Positions 39,573 to 49,918 of a DNA stretch of 64,000 nt are shown in pieces. The position numbers and the translations under genes were made by a program. Within the stretch, counting starts at the first letter, position 1, and every line of letters begins with the position of its first letter. The stretch is taken from positions 76,408-140,407 of the forward strand of contig JAGXFW010000022.1 of NCBI GenBank assembly GCA_024637035.1. Reading direction: 5' to 3'. The notes under the pieces are model-generated. The model saw nothing but the letters and a program-made list of their open reading frames with translations. It was not told where the DNA came from and searched no databases. The DNA comes from Actinomycetes bacterium (GTDB taxonomy: Bacteria > Actinomycetota > Thermoleophilia > RBG-16-64-13).

Positions 39573-39827
39573 GGCGTCACCCCTGTCTTGTAGTACGAAT
39601 CGACATAGCAGCATAACACCGTACCCATTTCGTATATACGTTCACCCCTTGGCGTCCGCCACCCCCCCGCCGTTCCCCAGCTCTTGGCGGCCCTGCGCAC
39701 GTAGCGGCTCGGCGCGCTGCGGTGGGTTTCGGGCCTTGCGGGCCCGGTGCCTTGCGGACCCCGTGCGTACTCCGGCCTCACCTTGTACTCTTGGGAAGTC
39801 CATCGAGCGTACGACGGGAGGAGTCCC

Positions 39828-40124
39828 ATGTGGGGCGGATGGTGGTCGAGAAGTCGACGGATCTTGGCCCTGGCGGTTGTCGTGGGGGTGACGTGGGTCG
39901 TGGCCGGCTGCGCGAGTCAACCCTCGCCCGAGTCAGGAGGTGCACCCGGCTTCCTGTGGGGACTCGTGCACGGGTTCCTGATCCTCGTAGATTTCATCAT
40001 CGGGCTGTTCACGGACGCACGGATCTACGAATACCCGAACTCCGGCGGTTGGTATGACTTCGGGTTCCTCATCGGGGCGAGTATGTTCCTCGCCGGCGGC
40101 GGAGCGGGTTCACGGCGGAGCTGA
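39828..40124 (+). CDS. small hypothetical membrane lipoprotein
   Basis: Lipobox VAGC; GFLWGLVHG...IYEYPNSGGWYDFGFLIG. Confidence 0.7.
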   Translation: MWGGWWSRSRRILALAVVVGVTWVVAGCASQPSPESGGAPGFLWGLVHGFLILVDFIIGLFTDARIYEYPNSGGWYDFGFLIGASMFLAGGGAGSRRS

Positions 40125-40209
40125 GGCTCGGCCAACACGGTTGAGGCTTCGCGAGCATGGCCGACGGCCCGAGCGTTCGCCGGGTGTCGCACGAAGGAAG
40201 GGAGCGGGA

Positions 40210-40440
40210 TTGAACGCGTCCATAGGCGAGTTCACGGTGCGGAACGCGCGCATCGAGGACGCGGCTTCCGTCGCACGGCACGCCGACAAACCACGGGTGG
40301 CTGCCAACCTGCGAGATGTCATTCCCCATCCGTACGTGTTGGCGGACGCAGAGGGCTTCCTCGGGCGAATGTCTTCAAGAGCGGGCGGGTGTTCGACCAG
40401 TTGCTGTACGCACTCGTTCGAGCCACTGCGACAGATGCAC
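40210..40440 (+). pseudogene. RimJ/RimL-type GNAT acetyltransferase remnant with internal deletion
   Basis: N-terminal ANLRDVIPHPYVLADAEGF directly abuts, in another frame, C-terminal ANVFKSGRVFDQLLYALVR. Confidence 0.65.
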
Positions 40441-40627
40441 TGCGCAATCCGCGAGAGAATCGACGGGGCCTCCGCGAGGCTTCAGGAGTAGTGGAGGTCA
40501 GCGGCCATCGGGACGGCGTCGGCGAGGAGTCGGGGTGGAGAGGCCAGAGAGGAATACCAGCGCCAGGTCCGCCGCCGACTGCACGCGCACGGGGTGCTGA
40601 GATCGCTCTGGATCAGACCGGAACGAC

Positions 40628-42277
40628 CTACCTCGCCGCCGAACGCAGCGCCTTCATGGCCTCGATCTGCTCGCCCAGGCGCCGCTCGAAGATCTCATAC
40701 TTCGGTCGCGCCGCGATCTCCGCGGAGCCCAAGTCTTCGCCGGTTCCCAGCCGCATCAGCCTCTGGTCCTCCGGAGAGAAGCGCGGCCATTCCGGATGGG
40801 GCGCGAGATTGGGGTCGCCCGCTCGAGCGAAACGAGTCCAGTAGTCACCCATTACTCGAGTGAGTTCGGCATCCGCCGAGGTGGCTTCGAATAGGGGGAC
40901 GGTTCGTCCGTGCACGAAAGCCAGCTCCGCGGCGTGGAACGCGCCCGCCGTCTGCCGCGGCGACGGCGGCCTGCGCGTGAACAGGTAGAGGTAGACCGGC
41001 TGACCTACCGCCGCGGCCCGGCTCGCGTAGAAGTGAACGGGCGCGCCGAACAGGCTGTCGCCGAGAAGCGCCGCCTGCGCCGATCCCGATCCTTCGAGCA
41101 GGCCCGGATAGGAGTCGAACAGGGGCGGGGCGTCGGCACCGAACTTCTCGCGGATGAGGTCGGGTATCTGCGAGGGCCGATGGTCCTCGCCGATGCACTC
41201 GCGGAGCGGTGCGCGACACAGGGGATACATCAGCGTGCCCTCGTCCGCGTTGCTTCCCAGGAGTAGAGGCACGCGGGCCTGCCCGCCATCTGCAAAGCTC
41301 TCGAAGGGACTCTTGGGCAAGACGTACCCGTCGATGCACGGGTAGAAGTGACGGAACCTGCGCTCGTGCTGGAGCCGCTCGTAGAGGAGGTCGGGCGGGA
41401 CCAGGCGGAGAGCCGTCAGCTGACCCCGGTTCTTGCCGACGCAGTTGTCGGCGAACGCCGCGCCGTTCTCCTCGCCCGCCGGGTTGTTCAGGAACGGCCG
41501 GCGCAGGAAGGTCATCTGGCCCATGTTGGCCGGGCTCTGCATGATCGCCCGGTGGAAGAGTCCGTGCGCCAACGGCGACGTCATCATGTGGGCTACCGAT
41601 TCTCCGCCGGCCGATTCTCCGAAGATCGTGACGTTGTCCGGGTCGCCCCCGAAGGCCCTGATGTTGTCTCGCACCCACCTGAGGGCGGCGATCTGGTCGA
41701 GGGTGCCGTAGTTGCCAGAGACGCTTTGCTCGGACTCCCGGCTGAGTTCCGGGTGCATGAAGTACCCCATGAGTCCCAAGCGGTAGTTGATCGACACGAC
41801 GACCACGCCGCGTCGCGCCAGGGCGTCGCTGTCATAGAGGACGTCGCTGCCGCTGCCGTGCCAATGGTCGCCGCCGTGTATCCACACCATCACCGGGAGC
41901 GCGGCATCGCGGCCGGGGAGTGGCGTGCGCACGTTGAGGTAGAGGCAATCCTCACTCTGCTTGGGGGCGGAGGCAAGCCCCAGGAACAGCTTGACGGCCG
42001 CCGTGCGGGGGGTATTCCATCCCTGCCCGGCCACGAGCGCATCGGTGAAGACAGCGTACTCTTCGTCGTTCTGGATCGCCCGCGGGCCATGTTTGCCCGC
42101 CTCGAAGGTGCCCTGCCAGGAGTACGCGGATTGTGGCGGTCGCCAGCGCAGCGGGCCAAGTGGAGGCTGTGCGTAGGGGATGCCCTTGAACACCGCCACG
42201 GTGCCCTCGCGGTTCCAACGTCCACGCGCCGCGCCGCAGGCGGTCTTCGCCAACGGTGCCGTTCCGTTCCGGGTCAT
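40628..42277 (-). CDS. type-B carboxylesterase
   Basis: FKGIPYAQPPLGPLRW, SEDCLYLNV, WIHGG, GESAG nucleophile, AFHAAEL. Confidence 0.92.
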   Translation of the reverse strand: MTRNGTAPLAKTACGAARGRWNREGTVAVFKGIPYAQPPLGPLRWRPPQSAYSWQGTFEAGKHGPRAIQNDEEYAVFTDALVAGQGWNTPRTAAVKLFLGLASAPKQSEDCLYLNVRTPLPGRDAALPVMVWIHGGDHWHGSGSDVLYDSDALARRGVVVVSINYRLGLMGYFMHPELSRESEQSVSGNYGTLDQIAALRWVRDNIRAFGGDPDNVTIFGESAGGESVAHMMTSPLAHGLFHRAIMQSPANMGQMTFLRRPFLNNPAGEENGAAFADNCVGKNRGQLTALRLVPPDLLYERLQHERRFRHFYPCIDGYVLPKSPFESFADGGQARVPLLLGSNADEGTLMYPLCRAPLRECIGEDHRPSQIPDLIREKFGADAPPLFDSYPGLLEGSGSAQAALLGDSLFGAPVHFYASRAAAVGQPVYLYLFTRRPPSPRQTAGAFHAAELAFVHGRTVPLFEATSADAELTRVMGDYWTRFARAGDPNLAPHPEWPRFSPEDQRLMRLGTGEDLGSAEIAARPKYEIFERRLGEQIEAMKALRSAAR

Positions 42278-42632
42278 GTCCGCTTCCCCTTTCCGCGTTG
42301 TCTCGGGCTCTCCACCGCCCGACTTGGTAGGTCTTCGCGCCCACGACTTCCGGCGCCATCGCCGCGCCCCGTGAGAGACGGCGTTTGAGCTACACCTACA
42401 TCTCAATCACGTGTGCGCAGTGCTCGCCGCCCGACGGCATGGCGGTGGTGATCTCGTGGGTGACGTCAAGACCATAATACTCGGCCGGCCCGCGATTCCA
42501 GGCGAGGTTTCCGGCGAGGCACGTTGCGGTCTCGCGTCCGTGGGACACGAGCCATTCCGCAATCTGCGCGCCCTCCTCCGTGTGGGCTCACGCGGGTCGG
42601 CACATGGCACCGGCCGTAGCGCGCCCGTCCGC

Positions 42633-42661
42633 TTGCGCCGCACACGGTCCTCCTCTACACT
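42633..42661 (+). promoter_or_regulatory. putative promoter giving a leaderless leader-peptide mRNA
   Basis: TTGCGC-17 nt-TACACT, 7 nt before ATG 42669. Confidence 0.6.
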
Positions 42662-42668
42662 ACAAGCC

Positions 42669-42761
42669 ATGCGTGCTGTCAAGGACACTAGGCACTCCGT
42701 TTCACGGCCTCTCACCGGCCGTTCGCTCCTTCTCGCCCTCCTGCTTCTGCTCCCCCGCTAG
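42669..42761 (+). CDS. leuL: leucine-rich leader peptide of leuA
   Basis: MRAVKDTRHSVSRPLTGRSLLLALLLLLPR; 8 Leu codons in a 9-codon stretch just before the stop, upstream of leuA. Confidence 0.85.
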   Translation: MRAVKDTRHSVSRPLTGRSLLLALLLLLPR

Positions 42762-42838
42762 GGGGAGAAGCTATGCGAAGCCGGCGCTTTCCGGCACGTC
42801 ACCGCCAGTGAACCCGAGATCACCGTAAGGGGAGACCC

Positions 42839-44530
42839 ATGTCCATATCCGAATCGAACACCTCCGCCGACACAGCTGCAGCCGCCGCCGACACCTCCGC
42901 AGCCGCCGCCGACCAGGCCGCCCCGGGAGCCGCCGCCGGCATTCCGGCAGCGGGAACTGCCTCCGTGGGACCGCCGCGGCGCAACGCCGGCGTCCCCGTC
43001 GTCTTCTTCGATACCACTCTGCGCGACGGCGAACAGTCTCCCGGCATCAGCCTCAACATGAGCGAGAAGCTCGAGATCGCGCATCAACTGGTGCGCCTTG
43101 GCGTCGACGTGATCGAAGCGGGTTTTCCCGCCACCAGCCCGGGTGATTTCGAAGCGGTGCAGGCAATCGCGCGCGAGGTCAAGGGCGCCGTGGTCTGCGG
43201 CCTGGCCCGCTGCGTGGAGAGCGACATCCGCACCTGCTGGGATGCGATCAAAGACGCCGAACGACCTCGCATCCACACCTTCGTCTCGACCTCCGACATC
43301 CACCTCGAGCACCAGATCAGGATGACCCGTCCCCAGGTGCTCGAACTCACGCGTGAGATGGTGACGTTGGCGGCGTCCCTCTGCCCGGCCGACGTGGAGT
43401 TCTCGGCGATGGACGCCACCCGCTCCGACGTCGACTATCTCGCGGAGGTGCTACAGGCGGCCATCGAGTGCGGCGCCACCACCATCAACGTGCCCGACAC
43501 GGTGGGCTACACGCTCCCGAGCGAGTTCGCCGACCTTATCGACACCCTGTATGAGAAAGCTCCCGGTCTGGCGGATGTGATCGTCTCCGTGCACTGTCAC
43601 AACGACCTGGGCTTGGCCGTAGCCAACTCGCTGGCCGCGGTCGAACGAGGCGCGACCCAGGTGGAGGTGGCCGTGAACGGCTTGGGCGAGCGTGCCGGGA
43701 ACGCCGCCATCGAGGAGGTCGCCATGGCCCTGGTCACCCGCCTTGATCAGCTCGACCGCCCAGTGAACATCGTCACCACCGAGATCGCCCGCACGAGCCG
43801 CATGGTCTCGAACCTCACCGGCTACCAGGTCCAACCCAACAAGGCCATCGTCGGGAAGAACGCCTTCGCTCACGAGTCGGGCATCCACCAAGATGGCGTT
43901 CTCAAGGAGCGCACCACCTTCGAGATCATGCACGCGAAAGACATCGGCCTTGGGGACTCCGACATCGTCCTCGGCAAGCACTCGGGCCGACACGCCCTGA
44001 AGTCGCGCCTGGCGGAACTCGGTATCCACCTCACGGGCGAGGAGCTCGACGAGGCCTTCCGTCGCTTCAAGGTCGTCGCCGACAAGAAGAAGCAGGTGAC
44101 TGCTCTCGACCTCGAGGCACTGGCGACTGAGGAGATCCGCGAGCGGCAGGACGAGTACAGCCTGACCCGCTTCTATGTCTCAGCGGGCTCCGAGATCATC
44201 CCCACGAGTCAGGTGCAGGTTGCGCACGAGGGCAGCCAGCGCGAAGGGAAGGCGTTCTCCGGCGGATCTGTAGAGTCGGTGTTCCGGGCTATCGACGACG
44301 CCGTGGGCATCACCGGGAAGCTCCTCGACTACCGGGTGCGCTCGATCTCCTCGGGTAAGGACTCGCTTGCTGAGGTGCGGGTGGTCGTCGAGGTGGAGGC
44401 GAAGACGTACGCGGGTCAGGCCGTGTCCATCGACGTGCTAGAAGCCTCCGCGAAGGCGTACATGCGGGCCCTGAACAACGTGGCGCAGCGGCGCGAGGCG
44501 AGCGGGGCGAATCCGGAGCGGGTGTTCTAG
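42839..44530 (+). CDS. leuA: 2-isopropylmalate synthase
   Basis: DTTLRDGEQSPG, HCHNDLGLA, GERAGNA, HESGIHQDG, regulatory domain. Confidence 0.96.
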   Translation: MSISESNTSADTAAAAADTSAAAADQAAPGAAAGIPAAGTASVGPPRRNAGVPVVFFDTTLRDGEQSPGISLNMSEKLEIAHQLVRLGVDVIEAGFPATSPGDFEAVQAIAREVKGAVVCGLARCVESDIRTCWDAIKDAERPRIHTFVSTSDIHLEHQIRMTRPQVLELTREMVTLAASLCPADVEFSAMDATRSDVDYLAEVLQAAIECGATTINVPDTVGYTLPSEFADLIDTLYEKAPGLADVIVSVHCHNDLGLAVANSLAAVERGATQVEVAVNGLGERAGNAAIEEVAMALVTRLDQLDRPVNIVTTEIARTSRMVSNLTGYQVQPNKAIVGKNAFAHESGIHQDGVLKERTTFEIMHAKDIGLGDSDIVLGKHSGRHALKSRLAELGIHLTGEELDEAFRRFKVVADKKKQVTALDLEALATEEIRERQDEYSLTRFYVSAGSEIIPTSQVQVAHEGSQREGKAFSGGSVESVFRAIDDAVGITGKLLDYRVRSISSGKDSLAEVRVVVEVEAKTYAGQAVSIDVLEASAKAYMRALNNVAQRREASGANPERVF

Positions 44531-44558
44531 CGGTCGAGGCATCGCACGATCCAGAATC

Positions 44559-44587
44559 CGATGGAGTTGGGCTCAGAACTCCATCGC
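44559..44587. terminator. hairpin after leuA
   Basis: CGATGGAGTT-N8-AACTCCATCG. Confidence 0.6.
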
Positions 44588-44653
44588 GGTTCGGCTGCTC
44601 CGCAGGCGGGTCTTGCAGTGTTTCACGGCCGCCTGTCGGTGCTCGTGTCGCTG

Positions 44654-45094
44654 CTACAACGCCCGCGCCGCCTCGATCGCATTGGACGCCATTCTCCGCG
44701 TCAGCTCGAGAGTAGCGCGACGCTCGTCGTCAGTGAGACCGTTCAGCAGGCTTTCCAGTGCTTCGTGAACGATCCCCTCGAGCTCCGGCTTAATGTTCCA
44801 GCCCAGGTCGGTCAGGAAGATGCGGTAGTAGCGCTTGTCGCTGGCGTCGGTTCTTCGGTTGACGTAGCCCATGGCCTCGAGCTTGTTGACGGCTCCCACC
44901 GTGGCCGACTTGTCCACGAGGAGACGATCGCTCAAGCTCTGCTGGGATTGTCCGTCGTCCTCGTAGAGGGCGAGCAAATAGGGGTATTGCCCAGACCCGA
45001 TGCCGAGGTATTCGAGTCTACGCGCCGAGTACATGATCAGGTGGCGCCATGCCACCGAGAGGTGCCGAACGATGTTGTCTTCGAGTTCGTTCAT
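44654..45094 (-). CDS. MarR-family regulator
   Basis: GQSQQSLS, VDKSAT, LEAMGYV, DKRYYRIFLT. Confidence 0.9.
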   Translation of the reverse strand: MNELEDNIVRHLSVAWRHLIMYSARRLEYLGIGSGQYPYLLALYEDDGQSQQSLSDRLLVDKSATVGAVNKLEAMGYVNRRTDASDKRYYRIFLTDLGWNIKPELEGIVHEALESLLNGLTDDERRATLELTRRMASNAIEAARAL

Positions 45095-45180
45095 CTGTGG
45101 ATCGAGCACCTCCGATGGCTGGCTTGACGCCCCAATAATAGAACAACCCGCCGGGGTGCAACCAGCCGGCGCAACGTTGA

Positions 45181-45225
45181 ACTGCCCGCCGGGTACAGCC
45201 GACAAGGCCGAACCCGGCGGGCAGT
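45181..45225. terminator. 14-bp stem hairpin after aldehyde dehydrogenase
   Basis: ACTGCCCGCCGGGT / ACCCGGCGGGCAGT. Confidence 0.65.
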
Positions 45226-45232
45226 CGAGGAT

Positions 45233-46678
45233 CTAGAAGGGGAAGTGTCTCTGCCCCTTCTGGAAGGTCACCCATTTCACCTCGGTGAGCGCGTCCATGG
45301 AGGCCTTGCCGCCTTCTCGTCCGTAGCCGCTGCCTTTGACGCCTCCGAAGGGGGCGTTGCACTCGTCGTGGACGCAGGCGTCGTTGATGTGCACCATGCC
45401 GCTCTCCAGGCGTTCTGCGACGTAGAGCGCGCGCTGCATGTCGTTCGTGATCACCCCGCTTGAGAGACCGTAGACGCTGTCGTTGGCTACCTCCACCGCC
45501 TCATGCACGTCCTTCACGGCGATGATCGGTGCGACGGGCCCGAAGGTCTCTTCCTGGAAGATGCGCATGTCTCGCGTGACTCCGGACAGCACGGTGGCGG
45601 GGTAGTAGGGGTCGTTGCGCTCGCCCCCGCACAGAACCGTGGCCCCTCCGAGGACGGCATCTTTGACCTGTCCGTCGATGAGATCGAGCTGACCCGAGTG
45701 GATGATAGGGCCGATCACCTCTCCCATCTTGAGGGTGGCGGCTTTTGCAGCCAGCTTCCGGGAGAATTCCTCCGCGATCGGCTCCTCCACGATGATCCGC
45801 TCCGCGGACATGCAGATCTGTCCTTGGTGCATGAAGGCGCCGAAGCACACCGCGTCAACGGCGTAGTCGAGGTCGGCGTCGGCGAGGACGATCACGGGGT
45901 CCTTGCCGCCCAACTCCAAGATGACCCGCTTGAGATTGCGCCCGCACCTTTCTGCGATGTGGCGCCCCACCTCGGTGGAACCCGTGAAGGTCACGAGTTT
46001 GATGGCGGGATGATCGAGCAGAGCCTCACCCGCGACGGAGCCCTTGCCGGGTACCACGTTGAGAACGCCTGCCGGTAGGCCGCTGTCGTGGAATATCTCC
46101 GCGATCTTGAGGCCCGAGACGGGTGTGTCGCTGGCCGGCTTCAGCACCACGGTATTCCCGGCGATCAGCGCGTGAGCCACCTTCTTGGTCGCGAGAAGCA
46201 GCGGGAAGTTCCACGGTGCGATCGCCGCCACCACACCGAGTGGCTGGCGCAGGGTCATGCTGAGCTTGTCCGGTTCGGAGGAGCCGAAGGTCTCGCCCGT
46301 TACCAGCTTGTAGTCCTCCGCCGCGGAACGCAGAAGGTTGACGGTGAACCCGGTCTCGAACATGGCCTTGCCGAACCAGCCACCGCCCTCTTCCACGAGG
46401 ACACCGGCGACCTCTTCCATCCGGGTCTCCAACGTCGCCGCGGCCCGGTAGAGATAGGCGGCGCGGGCGGGCCCGGTAAGTGCGGCCCACTCCGGCTGAG
46501 CGGCCTGGGCAGCTGCCACCGCGGCCGCGACGTCCTCCACACCACCTTCCGCCACCCGAGCGTAGGTGGATCCATCCAGCGGCCGCACGTCTTCGGAGTA
46601 GCCCCCGTTGGCGGCAGGGCTCCATTGTCCGTCAATGTAGAGCTCGTACTGCTTGGCAGTCACGTCAATCGCTTTCAT
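45233..46678 (-). CDS. aldehyde dehydrogenase (benzaldehyde/vanillin-type)
   Basis: PWNFP, FTGS, LELGGKDP, FMHQGQICMS, EETFGP, PFGGVKGSG. Confidence 0.9.
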   Translation of the reverse strand: MKAIDVTAKQYELYIDGQWSPAANGGYSEDVRPLDGSTYARVAEGGVEDVAAAVAAAQAAQPEWAALTGPARAAYLYRAAATLETRMEEVAGVLVEEGGGWFGKAMFETGFTVNLLRSAAEDYKLVTGETFGSSEPDKLSMTLRQPLGVVAAIAPWNFPLLLATKKVAHALIAGNTVVLKPASDTPVSGLKIAEIFHDSGLPAGVLNVVPGKGSVAGEALLDHPAIKLVTFTGSTEVGRHIAERCGRNLKRVILELGGKDPVIVLADADLDYAVDAVCFGAFMHQGQICMSAERIIVEEPIAEEFSRKLAAKAATLKMGEVIGPIIHSGQLDLIDGQVKDAVLGGATVLCGGERNDPYYPATVLSGVTRDMRIFQEETFGPVAPIIAVKDVHEAVEVANDSVYGLSSGVITNDMQRALYVAERLESGMVHINDACVHDECNAPFGGVKGSGYGREGGKASMDALTEVKWVTFQKGQRHFPF

Positions 46679-46726
46679 GCCCTGTTCTCCTTTCGAGTGG
46701 TCGAGACAACGGCGCTTGCCGGCGTC

Positions 46727-47941
46727 CTACGCCCATGGGGGCGGCCCGTCGCCCCACGGGGGCGGTCCGTCACCCCAGGGAGGAGGTCCGTCACCCCAGG
46801 GGGGCTTGCCACCGGCTCCGAACGGCGGCGGTTCGTCACCCCACGGCGGCTTACCGCCTGCCCCTTGTCCTGGAGTCGGCGGTTCATCCGCGCCTTCAAA
46901 CGCAGCAGCCGGTGCGGCCGGGCGTTCCCCGCGCTCGTAGTTGGAGCGGCCCACGTAGAATTCGTCGTCGGGTTGCCTCGTCGCGATGCCGATCATCATG
47001 TAGGCCATCTTGGTCTGCTCGATCTCGTGCTGGTGTAGCTTGAGAGACGGTTGCCGGGTGAGTCCGCCGTTGCCTCCGACGCACCACTGATAGAACTTCT
47101 GCTGGGTCCAGTGGTAGGTGCCGATCATCTGGGTGGCGGCGAACTGCTGTTCGAAGATCACGCGAGCCGGGGTGAGCTTCCAGTAGATCTCCATCCCCTC
47201 ATCCCACTTGCCCTCGCGCAGGAGGCGGAAGTAGTCGACCAGGTAGGGCTTGTCCGGTGACTGAAACACCTCGTAACATCCCGCTCCCATCCACTGCTGG
47301 CCGAATCCCGCGACCATCATGGGCAGCATGCGTTCCACCGGGTTGTTGATGAGCACCTTGTCGCCGAAGCGACGGTGGCAGTCTGTCGCCATGCCCGGCT
47401 CGCCGATCTTGGCGGCCACCACGTTCGGTAGGTCCGCAAGACGCTCAAGCACATCGAGCGGGAACCCGCTGTTGTGGAGACGCTGGAAGTTGTAGTGGGG
47501 GCTCGGGTAGAGCGTGACGGCCAGGTCGGTCGATTCGATGAGTTCCGTGCTGTAGGCGAGGATCTCATCCCCGGACTTCGCGTAGAAGTTGGCCGGATAG
47601 CCCAGGAGGACCGCGTCGACGCCCACCGCCGCGGCGTGGGCGAGCATGGCCCGATTCTGGGCGGCCGAGTCGAAGAGCAGCGTTGTCGAGACGAGGATCT
47701 CGTCCTTGGCCTCGTCGGCCACGATCGCGACGAAGCGCTTGGCTTCGTCGAACGTGAGCCCGGTCTCGGTTGCGACCAGCGTGGAGAAGAACCCATGTTC
47801 TTTGCTCTTCTGCACGTCCCAACGGATGCCGGTCTCGTCGAGTTCTGCGAGATCAGGAGTGAACGAGGGGAAGATGCAGTTCTCCACCCCCACGAGGTTC
47901 TCCTTGGCCCATTGCTTCAGTTCCGCTTTGCTCACCTTCAT
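46727..47941 (-). CDS. DHDPS/NAL-superfamily hydratase-aldolase-like protein with C-terminal PPWG repeats
   Basis: PSFT..LDE.GIRWDV, Tyr in TLYPSP, Schiff-base Lys in VVAAKIG; Pro/Trp repeat tail. Confidence 0.8.
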   Translation of the reverse strand: MKVSKAELKQWAKENLVGVENCIFPSFTPDLAELDETGIRWDVQKSKEHGFFSTLVATETGLTFDEAKRFVAIVADEAKDEILVSTTLLFDSAAQNRAMLAHAAAVGVDAVLLGYPANFYAKSGDEILAYSTELIESTDLAVTLYPSPHYNFQRLHNSGFPLDVLERLADLPNVVAAKIGEPGMATDCHRRFGDKVLINNPVERMLPMMVAGFGQQWMGAGCYEVFQSPDKPYLVDYFRLLREGKWDEGMEIYWKLTPARVIFEQQFAATQMIGTYHWTQQKFYQWCVGGNGGLTRQPSLKLHQHEIEQTKMAYMMIGIATRQPDDEFYVGRSNYERGERPAAPAAAFEGADEPPTPGQGAGGKPPWGDEPPPFGAGGKPPWGDGPPPWGDGPPPWGDGPPPWA

Positions 47942-48031
47942 TGCGTCCGCTCCTTTTTCGCTCCATCGTCGGCAGGCATGCAGTGCACCCGGCTGTGCTT
48001 CAGTGATGCGTCGTTCGTGTGTCGTTCGCGC

Positions 48032-48361
48032 CTACTGGTCCAGGAACCGGCCCGTCCTGGCCTTCTCCACGATCTCGTCCAATCGTCCCTCGGTATGTAC
48101 CCCCAGTTGCTGCGCCCTGAGTTTGGCCGCCAATCCGATGTTGCGGGAGTCCCGGTAGAACTCCGGATCTCTGGCCCTCGAGGGGTCGAAGTCCGTCAAT
48201 CGAGACCTTTCGCTCCGGTGCGTGGCGAAGCTCGAGAACCTGCGGGTCACGTCAGTTGCGCCGCAGGCCGGGCAGCGCGCGCCCACACCGTCAACCGGGT
48301 GGCGTGCGAAGTGGTCGAACGCGCGGCTGCAGGTGGTGCATCGATACTCATAGATCGGCAC
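48032..48361 (-). CDS. FmdB-family zinc-ribbon protein
   Basis: [11 protein letters not shown]...CPACG. Confidence 0.9.
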   Translation of the reverse strand: MPIYEYRCTTCSRAFDHFARHPVDGVGARCPACGATDVTRRFSSFATHRSERSRLTDFDPSRARDPEFYRDSRNIGLAAKLRAQQLGVHTEGRLDEIVEKARTGRFLDQ

Positions 48362-48397
48362 TGATCCGCCCCCTTTCGGTCACGTCGTCGGGCACGA

Positions 48398-49918
48398 TCA
48401 CCCCAGATCGGCAGGGTCGTCCGATCCGGTGGGCAGTGGGGGAGGGGAGGCCGGCGTTTCCGTGGGCATCGTCCCTGGAGGCATCCCTGGAGGCATCCCT
48501 TCAAACCCTGGCGGCATGCCGGGGGGCATCATGCCCGGGGGCATCATGCCGGGAGGCATCATGCCGGGAGGCATGCCTGGAGGCATCGCGCCGGGAGGCA
48601 TCCCCGGAGGCATCATGCCGGGAGGCATCATGCCGGGAGGCATGCCTGGAGGCATCGCGCCGGGAGGCATCCCCTCCATGCCCGGCATCCCGGGCATCCC
48701 AGGAGGGCCCGACTGTGGCTGCAGGAAGTTCATCATGTGCAGCCGCAACATCTGGCCGGTTCCGTCGCACGGGTATCCGATCCACGCGTCGCAGAGAAGC
48801 TTTCCGGCCTGGTATTCCCGAGTGATTCCATACGATCCCAGGGTCTTCACTGAGCGCTCGGCGTTGCGGATGGCGGTGTCTACGGCGAACGTCTTGGCCG
48901 CCGGCGATTTGACCATAGCGGAGAAGTCGCCTGAATCCGCTGCGCAGGCGGCGTCCCACGTGATGAGGCGGGCGGCCTGAAGGTCCACCCACATGTCGGC
49001 GAGCATGCCGGCGATCGCCTGGTGCTTGATGATGGGCACGCCCCAGCTGATCCGCTGCTGAGCGTATTCGAGGGCATGCTCGTAGGCGGCGCGGGCGAGG
49101 CCCACGTGGCACGCGGCGAAGCCCACGCCGATGAACGGAAGCGCCTTGAACAGGAACAGCCCGAGACCGGCGCCGCCTCCACCCAGCTCGGCAGAAGCGG
49201 GAACGCGCACGTCGTCCAGGTAGACCTCGGCGTTCTGTGCGCTCCGCCACCCGATGAGCTCCGTGAGCTTACCAACAGTCAGTCCTGGCGTGTCGGCCGG
49301 CACGTAGAACACGCTCGTGCTCATCATGGGGGGAGCGTCTAAATCGGTGCGGGCCATGACGAAGTAGTGACTCGCCGCGCCGGCGTTGGTGATGAACGCC
49401 GACTTGGAGCCGTTGATCACGTATTCATCTCCGTCGCGGCGCGCCAGCGTGCGCATGCCCAGCTTGGGATCGGGATAGGGGCAGAGCGAGTCCGACCCGG
49501 CCTGGTCGGCTTCGCTTCCCGCACTGGCGAGCATGGCGGTGTCATTGGTGCACAACTCCCCCAACCAGGCTCGCTTCTGCTCCTCCGTTCCGCCCATCGA
49601 GATCATTACCGCGCCCGTGATCGTGACGTTGAAGTATGAGACGGCGATCCCCATGTCAACGGCCGCCAGCTCTTCCTGGAGCAGGACATTGTCCATGCAG
49701 GTGCCGCCCTGACCTCCGTACTCCTCCGGGATCAGCAAGGAGGTGAAGCCAAGCCCGGCTGCTTTCCGGTAGACCGGACGCACCTTGTCCCACGGCATCT
49801 CCTTGGTGCGGTCCATGCGTTCGATCTCCTCTGCGACCGGCCGGATCTCCTTGGCCGCGAAGTTCCGCGCTGTCTTGCGCAGAAGCTCCTGCTCCTCACT
49901 CAAACTCAGGTCGATCAT
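48398..49918 (-). CDS. acyl-CoA dehydrogenase family protein with C-terminal (MPPG)n tail
   Basis: [33 protein letters not shown]; about 105-aa Pro/Gly/Met tail. Confidence 0.85.
   Translation of the reverse strand: MIDLSLSEEQELLRKTARNFAAKEIRPVAEEIERMDRTKEMPWDKVRPVYRKAAGLGFTSLLIPEEYGGQGGTCMDNVLLQEELAAVDMGIAVSYFNVTITGAVMISMGGTEEQKRAWLGELCTNDTAMLASAGSEADQAGSDSLCPYPDPKLGMRTLARRDGDEYVINGSKSAFITNAGAASHYFVMARTDLDAPPMMSTSVFYVPADTPGLTVGKLTELIGWRSAQNAEVYLDDVRVPASAELGGGGAGLGLFLFKALPFIGVGFAACHVGLARAAYEHALEYAQQRISWGVPIIKHQAIAGMLADMWVDLQAARLITWDAACAADSGDFSAMVKSPAAKTFAVDTAIRNAERSVKTLGSYGITREYQAGKLLCDAWIGYPCDGTGQMLRLHMMNFLQPQSGPPGMPGMPGMEGMPPGAMPPGMPPGMMPPGMMPPGMPPGAMPPGMPPGMMPPGMMPPGMMPPGMPPGFEGMPPGMPPGTMPTETPASPPPLPTGSDDPADLG

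Noticed and set aside
48429-48980. Plus-strand ORF with PGGIM repeats
   Set aside because: Antisense of the acyl-CoA dehydrogenase tail and contradicts the operon orientation
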